Assembly: GCA_964016885.1 (NCBI GenBank)
Contig: OZ024747.1
Location: 5,208,001 to 5,272,000, forward strand
Origin: Eledone cirrhosa
Lineage: Eukaryota
DNA length: 64,000 nucleotides
Reading direction: 5' to 3'
The notes beneath the pieces were generated by a model, which saw nothing but the letters and a program-made list of their open reading frames with translations, ran no database searches and had not been told where the DNA came from. The translations under genes and the position numbers were made by a program. Shown here piece by piece: positions 1-12,872 of the stretch. Each line of letters starts with the position of its first letter. Position 1 is the stretch's first letter.

Positions 1-82
1 TATTAACTCTTGAAATATATGTAAGGAATTAAAAATGATTTAAAAACTAATTTTTCCATCTATATATCTATCTAATATGTGT

Positions 83-162
<80 letters not shown>

Positions 163-277
163 AGGGAGCTTCGAAAACTTTGATATCAATGGTTTGTTCC
201 CAAGGTTGTCATATTAAAATATATATTGTGAATTAATGCTATAATTGTTTCTACTTTTGGCATATTATCGATTTCTC

Positions 278-391
278 AGTTCAAATCCCGCCGAGGTTGA
301 CTTTGCCTTTCATCCTTACGGGGTCGATAAAATAAAGTACCAGTAATGCACTGGGTAATTGCTGGCCTTGTGCCTAAAGTAGAAACAATTA
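278..391 (+). mobile_element. tRNA-derived SINE family A, 5'-truncated copy
   Basis: B-box-like GTTCAAATCCC followed by the body CCGAGGTTGACTTTGCCTTTCATCCTTACGGGGTCGATAAAATAAAGTACCAG, which recurs more than 10 times in the window. Confidence 0.85.
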
Positions 392-954
392 TCGATTTCT
401 CAGTTATTTCAAGTGGATTTACAATACTTTGTGGATTGTACTTCTTCTTGTGGTTTGTAAACAGAAAACAAAACAGGTTTTGAAAATAAATCTAAAAATC
501 TGATAAAACTTTCTTAAAATCCGATCTAGGATGTGTTTGTTGCGTTAACTGAAATAGTTACAGCTGATATTGGCAAGGGAGATCACTGTGTTGTGTTTGT
601 TCCGCATCTTTGAAATCACAGCCTACAATTAATTATAACAGGTACTTTTAAAGATCGGAACTATTATTGTTTAGACACGGCACAAGTGTCTAAATTATCT
701 AGATAATATTGCATAAGTTCTTGTTTGTATGAGTGTATATATATGTGTGTGTATAAATATGTATAAACACGAAGGTCGGTTGAAAAGTTCATAGGCTGTC
801 TATGAAGGAGTGATATATGTTACGTTAACTAAATAGAAAACAAAGAAAATTATTAGAAAATAATAAAACATAAATATAAATAATATAGAAATTTGATAAG
901 TTGAAGGAATTGAAATTGCAACATAATATGGGCTTTTTATCGAGTCTGTGGAGT

Positions 955-1000
955 TGATTTATCGATCAGCTATGTCTTACATTAACAAGGGAAATCACTC
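955..1000 (+). promoter_or_regulatory. Recurrent bipartite motif (TTATCGAT-AG ... CAAGGGAAATCACTC), candidate promoter element
   Basis: The same two-part motif occurs at 5745-5790, 12703-12741 and 38029-38070(-); the second half alone is at 574-589. Confidence 0.35.
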
Positions 1001-1855
1001 AGTTATGTATTATAATTCCATTTATATCTAGGATGCTCGGTAAACAAATACTTGAACAAATATTGATTTTTAACAAAGGAACAAAACCATATATTTTGAT
1101 GAGAGGTAATTAATCGAATAAATGTGATTTTTTCAAAAGGGCCGTAACTACATGCAACAAGGCATTTTGTCTGACTCTTTAACGCTTCTGTCAGTCTTTA
1201 CCATTTTCATTAGTGTATTTAATTCCATTTTGGGACGCATATATTAGTCAAACTCCCGTTCCCGATCCCTAAGACATTAAACATTTAAACGTGTATTATA
1301 TATTTTACTAGGCATTTCGACCTTTTGTATAAATCCACCCTCCCCTTGAAATTGAACTGGCGGCAGGTTTAGTGAGAGTATTTATAAGGACCTATATATA
1401 TACATATATATATATATGTGTGTATGTGTAGTCTTTTTATAAGTAATACGTTTTTTTTTTATTATATGCAATAAAAGTCGATGGGAGGGGATAATCACCT
1501 GCATAAGCTTGTTATAAAAGCAGGTATTAAATTCATCTTGTCTTCATTCTTAGTGCAAGCTTTGAAAAAATAATAGAAGTATAAAAAAACCGCATTATTT
1601 ATGGGGTGTCCCTATATATATGCTTAAAATTTGTGAAATATATCCTGTCATTAGTTGTCTCCCTTTAATAAACTGTGGTTTCAAAGGAATATGTCAACAT
1701 GTGACTGATAATTTGGACCCAATAAGACCTATTTTGAGCTTTCGTTATTGTCTCTGAAAACATTATTTACATGTGCAGCCTAAATACACAGCATAAAGCA
1801 CACAAAAGCAAGATAGCGTAAGACAAAACAAAGGGGAGGCATAAAATAACAAATT

Positions 1856-2022
1856 AGTCACTGTGGATGTCACAGAATGTGTGATGAAAGAACTTTGACA
1901 ATAAATAAACAACCATCCAGTTATTAGACCAACCAACTGGACATTTGTAATAAATTGAGGTGAAAACCAACAGGTGCCTGTGTTTTTATTGGCATCATGA
2001 CCCTCCCAAAGTATAACAATAT
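1856..2022 (+). mobile_element. Degenerate 3' end of the hammerhead-bearing element family also seen at 54731-55476
   Basis: Shares the terminal TTATTGGCA-CATGACCCTCCCAAAGTATAACAA followed by (TA)n; decayed core AGTCA-CTGTGGA...GAAA-GAAC-TT-TGAC. Confidence 0.6.
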
Positions 2023-2599
2023 ATATATATTGTCAAGGTTTGTGGAAAAATCACTGAGGCATAGATGTTTATTTTTAGAATTTGGCTTATTAATACTATT
2101 GGTAATTCTGACACATGTTGCAATATATTATGTAATATACAATCACAGGCCTATTAAATCTGGATTATTAGACAATTACTTCAAACTACCAAGGAATATT
2201 GTAATTGCATCTCTTCTGAGAAAGTGTAACAATAATCATAATTATCATTTACGTGGCTGGGAGAAATAAATATATGTGTGTTTATGTGTGGATGATAATG
2301 GACATCCACAGAAAGCTGTCCAATCTATGTTTGGGTGTTGACATTCAGCCAATCATTGCTGCTTATTTATATTTTATTTTTAGTGAGTGGTCATGTAAGT
2401 TCATTTACGCGTTTTGCTGTCCATGTTTGATTGGGATATGTTAATGATTGACAAGCTAATATTGTTGCTAAGGGATATAGAGGAGGATGAGAAGAAAAGA
2501 AAACATCCAACATCAAATTAAGTGTCTTCGATCACTCGAAACCATTTGTTGTCATTAGAATGTAACCTTGAGTTACCAGGATTTTTTACTGACTTTTCA

Positions 2600-2860
2600 T
2601 GACCTAATGGTAAGGGTGTTGGATTTACGATCATAATCTCATGGGTTCGATTCCTGTGTTGGGTTGCGTGTTGTGTTCTTGAGCAAAACACTTCATTTCA
2701 TGTTGCTGTTGTATACTCAGCTGAAAATGAGTACCAGCAATAACTGGGGGTTTAACTCTGTCCAGGAGGGAGTCTTGTAATCTCAGTCACTTTACACCAC
2801 AGAACCAGGATAAGTAACAGCCTAACAAGCCTTCTGGCTTGAGACAGACTTTCGACTTTA
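2600..2860 (+). mobile_element. tRNA-derived SINE family B
   Basis: GGTTCGATTCCT B-box followed by TTGAGCAA..CACTTCATTTCA and CTCAGCTGAAAATGAGTACCAGC; related copies at ~10930-11085(-), 20715-20945(+) and 43490-43720(+). Confidence 0.75.
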
Positions 2861-3545
2861 GACTTTCATGTGTGACTATCTGTGGTTTGTAAAGTGTTTT
2901 GATCAAAATAAGTTAAATTCTTATGGAGGTGGGATTAATATTTGTGGCAGTGACTGTAGGAATGATAGGCACAGATAAATGGAATGTTTAATCTATTTTG
3001 GTGTACATTTATGTGTGTATGTTATATATGTTGTATAGGCAAAGAATGTGAGTTTGAATTATATATAGGCTCGCTTGCAAGAAATCTGAAGTTGAAGTTA
3101 GTGGTTGTTATGAAAGAAGATGATAAACACGACAAATGCAATTATTTCGGTTAGGTATATAACTTTACTTCACTTCAGTAAAAAGAATATGATTACTTGG
3201 AATCATAAAAATATAAAGTTAAATGGCAGCAATCACAAATGAACACAGTGTTTAAAAAAAAGGCTTCTGTGTTGTCTACATGAAGAGGCAGATGATTCTG
3301 TGTGTGGTTGAAGTGCTGTTGGGCCCTTGTCAAGAGGGTTGAAGTTTGGGGGTTTTTTGCCACGTGCTATATCTTGCTACTTGCTTGAGCAGGTCAAAGT
3401 GATGTTTCTCTCCCAAGGAACCATAGTCAAATAGCTTAAAGAAAAATTGATCTCACTTCACTCCAGGCTGGCCAGACAACTGATGCCAACCGAGACAAAG
3501 AGAAATACCAGTCAGATGTCATTTGGATCTACATCTTGTATGTGA

Positions 3546-3733
3546 GGGTGGTGAATTGGCAGTATTGGTAGAAAGGTCGGACATGCTTTCCAGCGTAGTT
3601 ACGTCCTTTTACGATCTGAGTTCAAATCCCGCCGAGGTTAACTTTGCCTTTCATCCTTACGGGGTCGATAAAATAAAGTACCTGTAATACACTTGGTAAT
3701 TGCTGGCCTTGTGCCAAAAGTAGAAACAATTAT
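3546..3733 (+). mobile_element. SINE family A, near full length
   Basis: A-box-like TTGGCAGTATTGGTAGA, B-box GTTCAAATCCC and the conserved body. Confidence 0.85.
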
Positions 3734-3977
3734 CTTATATGTATTGTTAATATTGTGTCTATGTGGTGAATTTATGAGTATTAAGGTTTGATGATTATTC
3801 ATATTTATATCATGTGTTCTAGATATACAGTATATGTGTTGGTAGCTGGTAGGGTTTATTCATTGTGTATGGTTTGAGAGCTTAGCATGTTGGTTGGCTG
3901 GGGATGTAGTGTAGCTAGAAAGAAGTCTAGTAGGCTGGTTAGTTGGAAATAGAGTGTAGCTAGGGAAAATAATATAG

Positions 3978-4217
3978 GGCGGTGTTCCTCGGAACCATAG
4001 GGTTCCAGAAGAGGTTGCTAGGGGTTCCACAAGAAATTTGTGATAAATAAACCAGTTATCTGAAAAAAATATATTATGTTTACCATGTGAACTAGGACGA
4101 AAATATAAAAAAGATAGATATTGATAATGGTATATAATAATTTTTATGCAGGGGTTGCCTGAAACATGAAAACTATTTCAAGGGTTCTACAAGGATAAAA
4201 AGGTTGAGAAATGCTGA
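3978..4217. mobile_element. Probable non-autonomous hAT (Charlie-like) element
   Basis: Repeated GGGTTCC/GGAACC subterminal motifs and an end AAAAGGTTGAGAAATGCTG that resembles hAT TIRs. Confidence 0.45.
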
Positions 4218-5744
4218 TACAGACTAATAGGGATTAGATGATTGGGTGACAGGTAGATTGTATTTAGCGATTGTATTTAAGTATGTCTGGAATTTAATAA
4301 GTCTCTTCTGGTCATGAGCTCCAGTATTTTAACTGAGTAGAAGTTACACTCTCACCACTCCCCATGATAGGACTTACCAGATCATCTGAGGGACCACCAA
4401 ATTGTGTTGTTAATTTTATTCTGCTTCAATTGCCAAATTGTTTTCACAAGCTCAGTTGTTTTCTGCAAGTTCAGAATTTCAGTGTTTACAAAGAATCCTG
4501 ATTCTTTTTGTCACTTTAATAACTCTGCCAATCTATTGTCACCTAGTAATGCTTTCTGATTTAGGCAACAATTTGGGGAAGAGGAAAGTCGATTAAATCA
4601 ACTCCAGTATGTTACTGGTATTTTGTTTTATCAACCTTGTAAGGATGAAAGATAAAGCTAAGCTTGGTGGAATATGAACTCACAACTATATGACACAAAG
4701 CATGTAGTCCAACACTCTACTGATAATGTGAATCCAATAATAAAATCCCACACAATACCAGCTAACATGCTAAAGGAGCTACCAGTGTTCCCTGTAACCT
4801 TTTGCTATCCTTAAAGAAAGTCATAAAAGTAATAAGAGGAAGTAGCTATAGGTTCTGTATGAGGGCCTATGTTTGCAGTATTCTACATGGCTACAATATT
4901 AAACAAAATAGTACAAAAATACAAACATACAATATACATTAGATATTTATACAATATATATATATATATGTCATAATAGATACATTAGAAGACGTCAAGA
5001 AATCAAAATAAGACCTAGAAAGCAGCTCTGTACTAATTTACAATATCCAAACAGTTTAAATAAACTCTGAGCAAATTAATGGTTTCTGATTTAGGCACAA
5101 GGCCAACAATTTGGGGGAGGGGAAAGTTGATTAAACTGAACTCAGTACATCAAAGTGACTGCATGTAGCTTGTTAAAAGATAATTTTCTTTCTTAACTGC
5201 TAATTATTATACAAAGCTGAAGTTGTTTCTTGCACTCAGCTACCTCTAACATTCAGACTAGGAGTATGATAATTATCAGGCTTAAACCAAAAGAAAGTTT
5301 TCTCTACAATTTTGACAGAATAATTTTTTTTCTAAAAATCTGGCAAATTCGCCCTTGCTTAACCTTTTCTCCTTGTTTTTTTTATTACTTAATTTTGTTT
5401 TTATGTTTTAATATTCTCATCATTGTACAACTTCTGTTTGTAAAATGTAGTAAACTCTAGCAATTGTTGAAAAATAAACCTCAGTTGTAATTTTAAAAAA
5501 AATGATGAGATCAGCTGACAAGAAAACCTCCAAAAGACGCAATAGCAAGGGATTTTCATATTTTTATGATTATATTGTTATATTTAAACAGAGTTAAAGC
5601 GTATTTCTAGTTCATATTCGATGACATATTAAATAAAAGTATTTTTTCCTTTTATTATAAAGGCCAAAATGAATTTCGTGATATTTATTTTAAAAAATTC
5701 CAATATTCCGACCCGAAAATATGATTCTATGTTTGTATGTAGTT

Positions 5745-5790
5745 TTTATCGATTAGTTATGTTTGTCGCAGACAAGGGAAGTCACTCTGT
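5745..5790 (+). promoter_or_regulatory. Recurrent bipartite motif, candidate promoter element
   Basis: TTTATCGATTAGTTATGT...CAAGGGAAGTCACTCTGT. Confidence 0.35.
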
Positions 5791-7479
5791 GCTGAAAGTA
5801 ACATGAGACTAGCTCTTTTCATTTCTGTTAAACGTACCACTATGTCATCGCTAACCTCTGTTCACAGCTAATTTTAACTTACTAATTCCTAGGCCTCTGT
5901 TGGAGGAATCGTAATTAGTCGAAGATTAAGTATATCAAAAGAGATGCGTTTTAGTGATATGCTTTTAATCAACGATTTCTTGTGAAGACAGCGTATTACT
6001 ATTATATACTTTGTTCGCTATGATAGCTTTTCAAGACTGTACCGTGTCCCTTAAAATACCAATGTCATTATTGTACTCCCAATTATGTTTCCAGTAATTT
6101 TTATAAGATGTAACCAGTACAGCTACAAGATTATGTCTATAAAGACATCTTTAGCTGGCATCCTGATTTGCAAGGACACCAATCTCCAGCCTCCATCCTG
6201 TCAATGTGCTCATATCTAGGTATGTGGTATGCCCATATAAAGGCCTTTCTTTGTGTTCGTTACAAATTGTTGACATTTTTTTACATTGTTTCAGGTCCAC
6301 AAATACTTTGTATCTCAAGATTTTATTTTGATAAATAGGAGAGGAAAAAGAAAAACAACATAATGTAGTCCACTTCATCGGCCTTTTTTTTTTCTTGTAA
6401 CCTCCATAATACATATTTTAACGAAATTTTGCTGGCATCATTTTTCAGACACGTAAAAACGCTTATGGCGACGAAATTTAAAGGAAAAAAAAAGATTTAT
6501 TTTTTTTTGCAATTCATAGTCGTAGAAATTATATTACGTTCCTTACAAAATCTATGAGATTATCCTGATTGATATTATTAATTAACAAGATAAAATTGGA
6601 AGGTATGATGAAATATGTTTCTAACTTATGTTTAGCCTGCTACAAAGTCGAAGGTTCAAATTAAATGAAATCTTAACGGAATATATTTAATAAAGTATTA
6701 AACACAATTTAATTAATTAAAAAGGATAGTTATCAACATAATCGCAGTCTTTATCATGGAAAATGTATAGTAAAATATCTTTAAAATATGTTTTATCAAG
6801 AAAGTTATGAAGAAACAAAATCGGGGGCAGTTTTCTAACTGTTCAGCTTCCATTTTGAAATCTTAATCTTTAGCTTTCTAATCGCAAATATTTTTCATTA
6901 TTTTAATTATTTTACGCTAACTTAGAAGTTAATGTTATTAAAATGTTTGTTTTTAATATAAATCTATCTGAAATATGTGTGGTATGGAAATTAGCTTCAA
7001 TGTCACGGGAATATATTATCACACGTGGAACAATTAATAAGATCTGGGAGCGACACGTTGATGCAACAGACAAGGTGCGCACACTTGATTTTCCACGATG
7101 CCTTTCATTAGTTAATACAAAGAAATTTAATTAATATGAGCTGTATATGTATCACATGATATTTGTATTGAAAAAAAAAAAAAAAAAAAAATACAATAAT
7201 GAAATGATTTTGAATAATATATATATAAAATGTATAACACTACATATAATCCTATTTTGAGGTTCCATTAAAGCGAAAGTAAGATTTCCAGATGGGAAAA
7301 AAACCAAGTTTACTTTCTATTTCAATGGATAGAATGTATTATACTAAAAAAAAAAAACGCTTTCGTTCTTATGAATAAATAATATTTTCTGCTTTAATGA
7401 ATTCAGTTGAAGTTACAATTAGCAGTTTCTGTATTTCTATTTTAACTACAATTTTTCAGTTACTATATATATGTATATA

Positions 7480-7830
7480 TATAATCATCATTTAACTCCC
7501 ATGTTTCCATCCTGGCATGGGTTATGGGTTAGACGAGTTATCCTGTTGTGAGCAATGCTAAGTCAGGTGACCATGTCTTACATATACAGAACTGATTTTG
7601 GCTTGGTTTCTACAGCTGGATGCCCTTCCTAGCGCCAACTTCATTTACAGTGTGGACTGGGCACCTTTTTGCCATGTTGCCATCACGACCACTTTATAGT
7701 GGTTGTTTTGGGGCTACGATAAAAGGCACCCAGCACACACTAAATGTGGTTGGCGTTAGGAAGGTTATCCATCCGTAGAAACCAAGCCAGTTCTGTTTGA
7801 GCAAGACACACTGTACCAATCCTGTTATGG
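7480..7830. mobile_element. SINE/RTE-tail repeat family C, two oppositely oriented pieces
   Basis: ACAGCTGGATGCCCTTCCTA motif; also at ~10745-10930, 13930-14110, 34980-35250 and 35960-36180. Confidence 0.65.
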
Positions 7831-8500
7831 ACAGGAGAGGTGACTTTACACACACTTGGCAGAGTTCGATAGCCACATTGAATGGTTTTGACTTGGCACT
7901 ATTTATCTGAACACAAATACTAGGGCATTTGTATAGAGACATCTGGGCAACAAGAAGCTGACCATTAATCCCATATTTTTGCAGAACTTTCCACAGAAGG
8001 TCCTGTGGTACAGGATCATATGTTCTTTAAAGGTTTATGAAACAAGCATACACCTCTTGGCAATACTCCCACAATTTCTCAAAGACCTGCCACTATAAAT
8101 ATTTGGTTGGCTGTGCTGCATCCGGGGCGAAAACTACACAGTTCTTCAGCTAGCTTGAACTCAACAATATTCCTACAATTCTTTGCTATAGCATAGATTT
8201 TACTGGAGAGACTTAACAAGGAGATCCCTCTATAATTGCAACAATCTCTTCTCCCCCATTTTGAAAATCGGAATTATCACTCCTGATTGCCATTGCTTAG
8301 GGAATACTTTCTCTATTTAAGGCTTTTAACATTTTGGACTGAATTTCATCCTCCTCAGCGGCCTTACAACATTTGAGCTCTTTAATTGCTCTTGTGACCT
8401 CAGCCTTCAAGGGGTTAGCTATTGCTCCCAGATGGACCTTGTGTATATGAGAAGATGCTATTTGTGACCAGGTTTAGGAAATCAGCAAAGTATTCTCTCC
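7830..8500 (-). mobile_element. RTE-clade LINE reverse transcriptase fragment, decayed
   Basis: Minus strand reads FEKLWEYCQEVYACFINL*RTYDPVPQDLLWKVL and SKPFNVAIELCQVCVKSPLL (RT motifs), with stops and frameshifts. Confidence 0.75.
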
Positions 8501-8999
8501 ATTTCACAAAGATGTACCTCTCTTTATCCTGTGTCATTGCCTTTGAGAGGTGCAATTGTGCAAGGTCAGTAATATAAGATATAAACTTTTCTGAGTAGGA
8601 AGTGATAATAGAGCAGACGGAGTAGGCATTGTACTAGCTGAGAGTGGATAAATAGGGTAATAGTAGTAGTTAGTGTGAATGACATAATTATCATGCTCGG
8701 AATAGTCATGACGATAATTACACAACAAAAGCAGGACTAAAAGAACAAAAGGCCAGTTTTTATGGGGACCTCTTGCAGACAACTTCAGTTACATATGACT
8801 GATGTTTCATGGCCCTGGCTGGTGACTCCAATGACCATGAAGGGCAACGCCAGGATGGCAACTGGTAGTCGCGGCATACACAGTAGCTCTAGTTATTATA
8901 CAAGGAATGGAGACTGAGCGAAATTCTGAGAATTCTGTGATAGGTATCAATTTACCATTTGCAACAACCCAAGCCAGATGTGCAGATGGTTGTAAATGC

Positions 9000-9900
9000 T
9001 AAGACTTTTCCTCGAGAAGAATATATCACACAACACAGTTATTATTGACATTCAAATAAACACAAGACGGAACAAGAAGTGCAGGAATATATGGAGGAAT
9101 TTTCTGTTAATGTAAGTTCAGAAATGTTCTAGGGAACACATGACAAGTTAGAGGAGTTAGTGGAAGTTTGTATGAGACAACTTACTGTAGGATACTGACA
9201 AGACTTGTAAAGTACCTGCCAGACGAGGGCAATCTGGTGGTGGAACAACAGTTCGGGTAGAACAGTTAAAAAGAGACAAGCTTGGAAAGACTTTAAAATG
9301 GGCGCTGCAAATATTAGTAATAGATAGCTAAAAGAGAAGCCTGACAACAGGTATACTTAGCACACAAAGAAACTGAAAGTGGGAGGTTTACCAATGTCTT
9401 GGGATGGGAGGTGCTCCAAATCACTAAACAGTATGTGTGAAAATCAGGGTGTTGGGGAAAAGTGTGATTGAAATGACACTGGTACACTTAGCATCACTGA
9501 CATTCAAAAGAAAGAGGCCAGGAATGCTATTATGAGAGGTTGATAGATGTGGAGAAGATATGGGAAAAAAGGATCTACCCTCAGACTCAACAGAAGGACC
9601 AGCTGTCGAGTCAAAGGAGCAATGAAGGAGATGAGAAATGGTAAAGCTGCTGGTCCGTTAGAGATAGTCTCTGAGATACTGAAATCTGCTGTGGAAATGG
9701 GAGTCGAACTACTCACCTTTGTAATACATGATATGGTCATACCCAATGACTGGGGTAGAAGTATACTTTTAACTGTTACCAGGGGAAAGGTGATATGCTA
9801 GAAAGGAGCAACTATAGGTTTATAAACTGAAAGTGACAGAACTAAGAGAGAAAGAGTCGAATTTAATGAATACAATTTGGTTTTGTGCCAGGAAGGAGCA
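9000..9900 (+). mobile_element. RTE-clade LINE ORF fragment, decayed
   Basis: MKEMRNGKAAGPLEIVSEILK...IPNDWGRSIL, the region N-terminal to the non-LTR RT domain. Confidence 0.75.
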
Positions 9901-10240
9901 CACAGATACTCTCTTCTGTAGAAACCATACCAAGAATGGTTGAGAGGATTCTTCAGTTGTGTTAACAGCACAACTCCCTCTCTAGTATTTGGGGTGTACA
10001 TGATAAATGCATCCAGTTCACACTGTGGTTGGTGATAGGAAAGGCATCCAGCTGTAGAAAGCTTAAAACATAATTACACACTTCATTCACATGAACATGT
10101 ATATATGGATTATAGATACATATTTAAATATACAGCTATCGTTATATGAACAACACATATATTGACAAGTGTTGTGCATGGATACAGAATTTTATAGTAA
10201 ATAGTATCCCTTGATAATGAATATATGAGGAAGACGAATA

Positions 10241-10268
<28 letters not shown>

Positions 10269-10272
<4 letters not shown>

Positions 10273-10615
10273 TTATTAAAATAACAGATTAATGTTTAAG
10301 CAAAGAATCGCCTGAACCACCTAATAGAATATTAGTCTACGACTTCATTTATACCATAAACGTGGTTTTGTCTTCGCGTGTAATTGTTTTCACTGCACCA
10401 AATAATGACGTATTATCTTCGTTTTTTTTCCGTTCTTTGCCAGGGAACGTTTCCACAAACCAAAGTATCGTCTTCCTGTCTTCCTTCGGTTGCAACGTTT
10501 TTTGAAATATTTACTTCTGCGGTCACAGATTGACTTTTTTAGTTTCAGAAGATCCCGTTAAGGGTGAAAGCAGCGATTCTTTGCTTAAACTTTAATCTGT
10601 TATTTTAATAAATAT
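10269..10615. repeat. ~43-bp inverted repeat pair next to (TA)n, enclosing a decayed hammerhead-like core
   Basis: 10269-10311 is the reverse complement of 10573-10615 with few mismatches; internal CAGAAGA-T-CCC-GTTAA-GGG-T-GAAA. Confidence 0.6.
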
Positions 10616-10705
10616 TTACTGTATACTCACAGATGTATATATAAACACATGCAAGTCTTGCTATGAATATTTCAATCTGTGATCATGTCACAACTATCGA
10701 TTCTT

Positions 10706-10746
<41 letters not shown>

Positions 10747-11092
10747 CATCATCATCATCATTATTTCATTTTACGTCCGCTTTTTTCCTGCTTGCAAGGG
10801 TTGGACGGAACTGATTCTAGCTTGATTTCTACAGCTGGATGCCCTTCCTAACACCAACCTCATTTACAGTGAGTGCTGGGTGCTTTTTTGCCGTGGCACC
10901 TCCACGACCACTTCACAGTGGAATGATATGGACCCCAGTCTCTATCATCTCATTTCTACAGCTGAGTAAACTGGAGCAATGTGAAATAAAGTGTCTTGCT
11001 CAAGGAAACAACACATCACCCGGTCTGAGAATTGAACTCACAACCTTTCGATTGCAAGGCCAATGCTCTAACCACTAAGCCATGTGCCTCCA

Positions 11093-11155
<63 letters not shown>

Positions 11156-11796
11156 GGGAAGGGCATCCAACCAGTATATCGATGCCAAAAAAAATGATGA
11201 TGAGATATATATATATGGGTGGGTGTGTAAAATGTAAACAAATATCAAAGCAAACAACACAGTACATTGAAGAAATATATTAGTTTAACGCTTGAAATAA
11301 CATTTCGAACACTAGTCCTTCATCAAGATACAGATAAAAAGATGGGGGCGGAAAAAATGAGAAAAAGCACACGTGCCTATTCAGTCAACCATTTTGTATA
11401 TATATGTATCTGGAAATGATAAAGAGCCATGAAGACTGGTAACATGCTCTGTTGGTGAAGACCCAGCCCCTACCTGCTTAAAAGGTGACTTGACCAGATC
11501 CATTCACATTTAAATCCCTCCACACACACCTGTTGAGTAACTTATCATAACAGAACCTCCCACAGGTCAACCTTTCCCTCCTAATCATCAATGTCAAATT
11601 CCAGCATCCCAAGACACTTTGCATAGCAAATAACCAGATGATTGATTTTATATATATATATATATATACTGGTTGGATGCCCTACCTGTCACTAACAGCA
11701 TGGGCTGGGTGCTTTTATTCGTGTCACCACAACTAGAGAGTTTGTCATACTGGATTCAGGGGCCCTCTCCACCCCACACTAACTTACTCGGAGTGG

Positions 11797-11831
<35 letters not shown>

Positions 11832-12702
11832 AATAAAAAATATATTGGGCCATCTTAAAATTCTCTGCGGTACTGCCATGTTTGTTTAAAGTGGCTTGGA
11901 AAAATACCCAAAGAGAACATTTTCGCAGGAGTAAATTTTATTTGGTAATTTATGTATATATATATATATATATAAATAAATGAAAATACAGAAATTAATG
12001 TGAGCAACAAGCCAACAGTAATAATGTATATATATATTAAGATCCTCGTATCTTCTGAAGATCACATAATTTATCGACTGATTGCTGTCATTTAGACATA
12101 GAATAGTCTTCTTTTTTTATTGCTGATATTACCCCAATCTAAGATTCCATTAAATTGGGAGTGAAATGTGCTTTTCTGTTTCAAATTGAATAAAAAATTG
12201 TACTGATTTTGTTTATATATGCTTATTTTCTTGTAAATATCTCTTCTTGCTTTAATGAATTCTATATTTTCAGTATAAGATATTCTGTAAATACATTTTC
12301 CATTACATTTCACACTGTTTGTCTTTGAAATATAATTTTCCACTATACGGAGACTCATTTCGTTCCATCGTTTATGAATACATTTTAATTTCCTATCTTA
12401 ACAAGTCCACTGTCACTTCAAGTGAACCTCAAAATAGGACGTAGCCTGGTTATCATTATATATTCCAGTCATTACCACCCGATTTTAATTTCTGACGTAA
12501 TGCCCTTTAGACCACATTATTCACACGCACACGCATCTTTAAAAAATATGTATATATATGTCTATATATTTGAGGTAGATTTGGCTGCTAAATTTATCAG
12601 ATCGATTCCCTACGTAAAGATCCCTTTGTTTTCTTGTTTATTGATTGTCATTTGATGGGGTACTATCTCCCCAATGTAAATTGGCTTATAGCTCTGTAGT
12701 AG

Positions 12703-12872
12703 TTATGGATCAGTTACGTCTGTCAAGGGAGACCACTCTGTACGAAGACAAAATGAGAGTCGGTTTATTAATTTAAGGAAATAAATCATTATAATACATA
12801 TAAACGAAGAAGAACAATTAAGATTACGACATGGCAACTAGAATTGATTTTTCTATTTTACAGAAAACAGGT
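12703..12872 (+). promoter_or_regulatory. Candidate promoter and non-coding first exon of ZNF copy 1
   Basis: Homologous to 37923-38070(-), upstream of ZNF copy 2. Shared AGTTACGTCT.TCAAGGGAGACCACTCTGTAC, GAAGAAC.ATTAAGATTAC and putative donor CAG|GTTTG (GT at 12871). A matching acceptor TTTTTCAG ends at 15341. Confidence 0.55.
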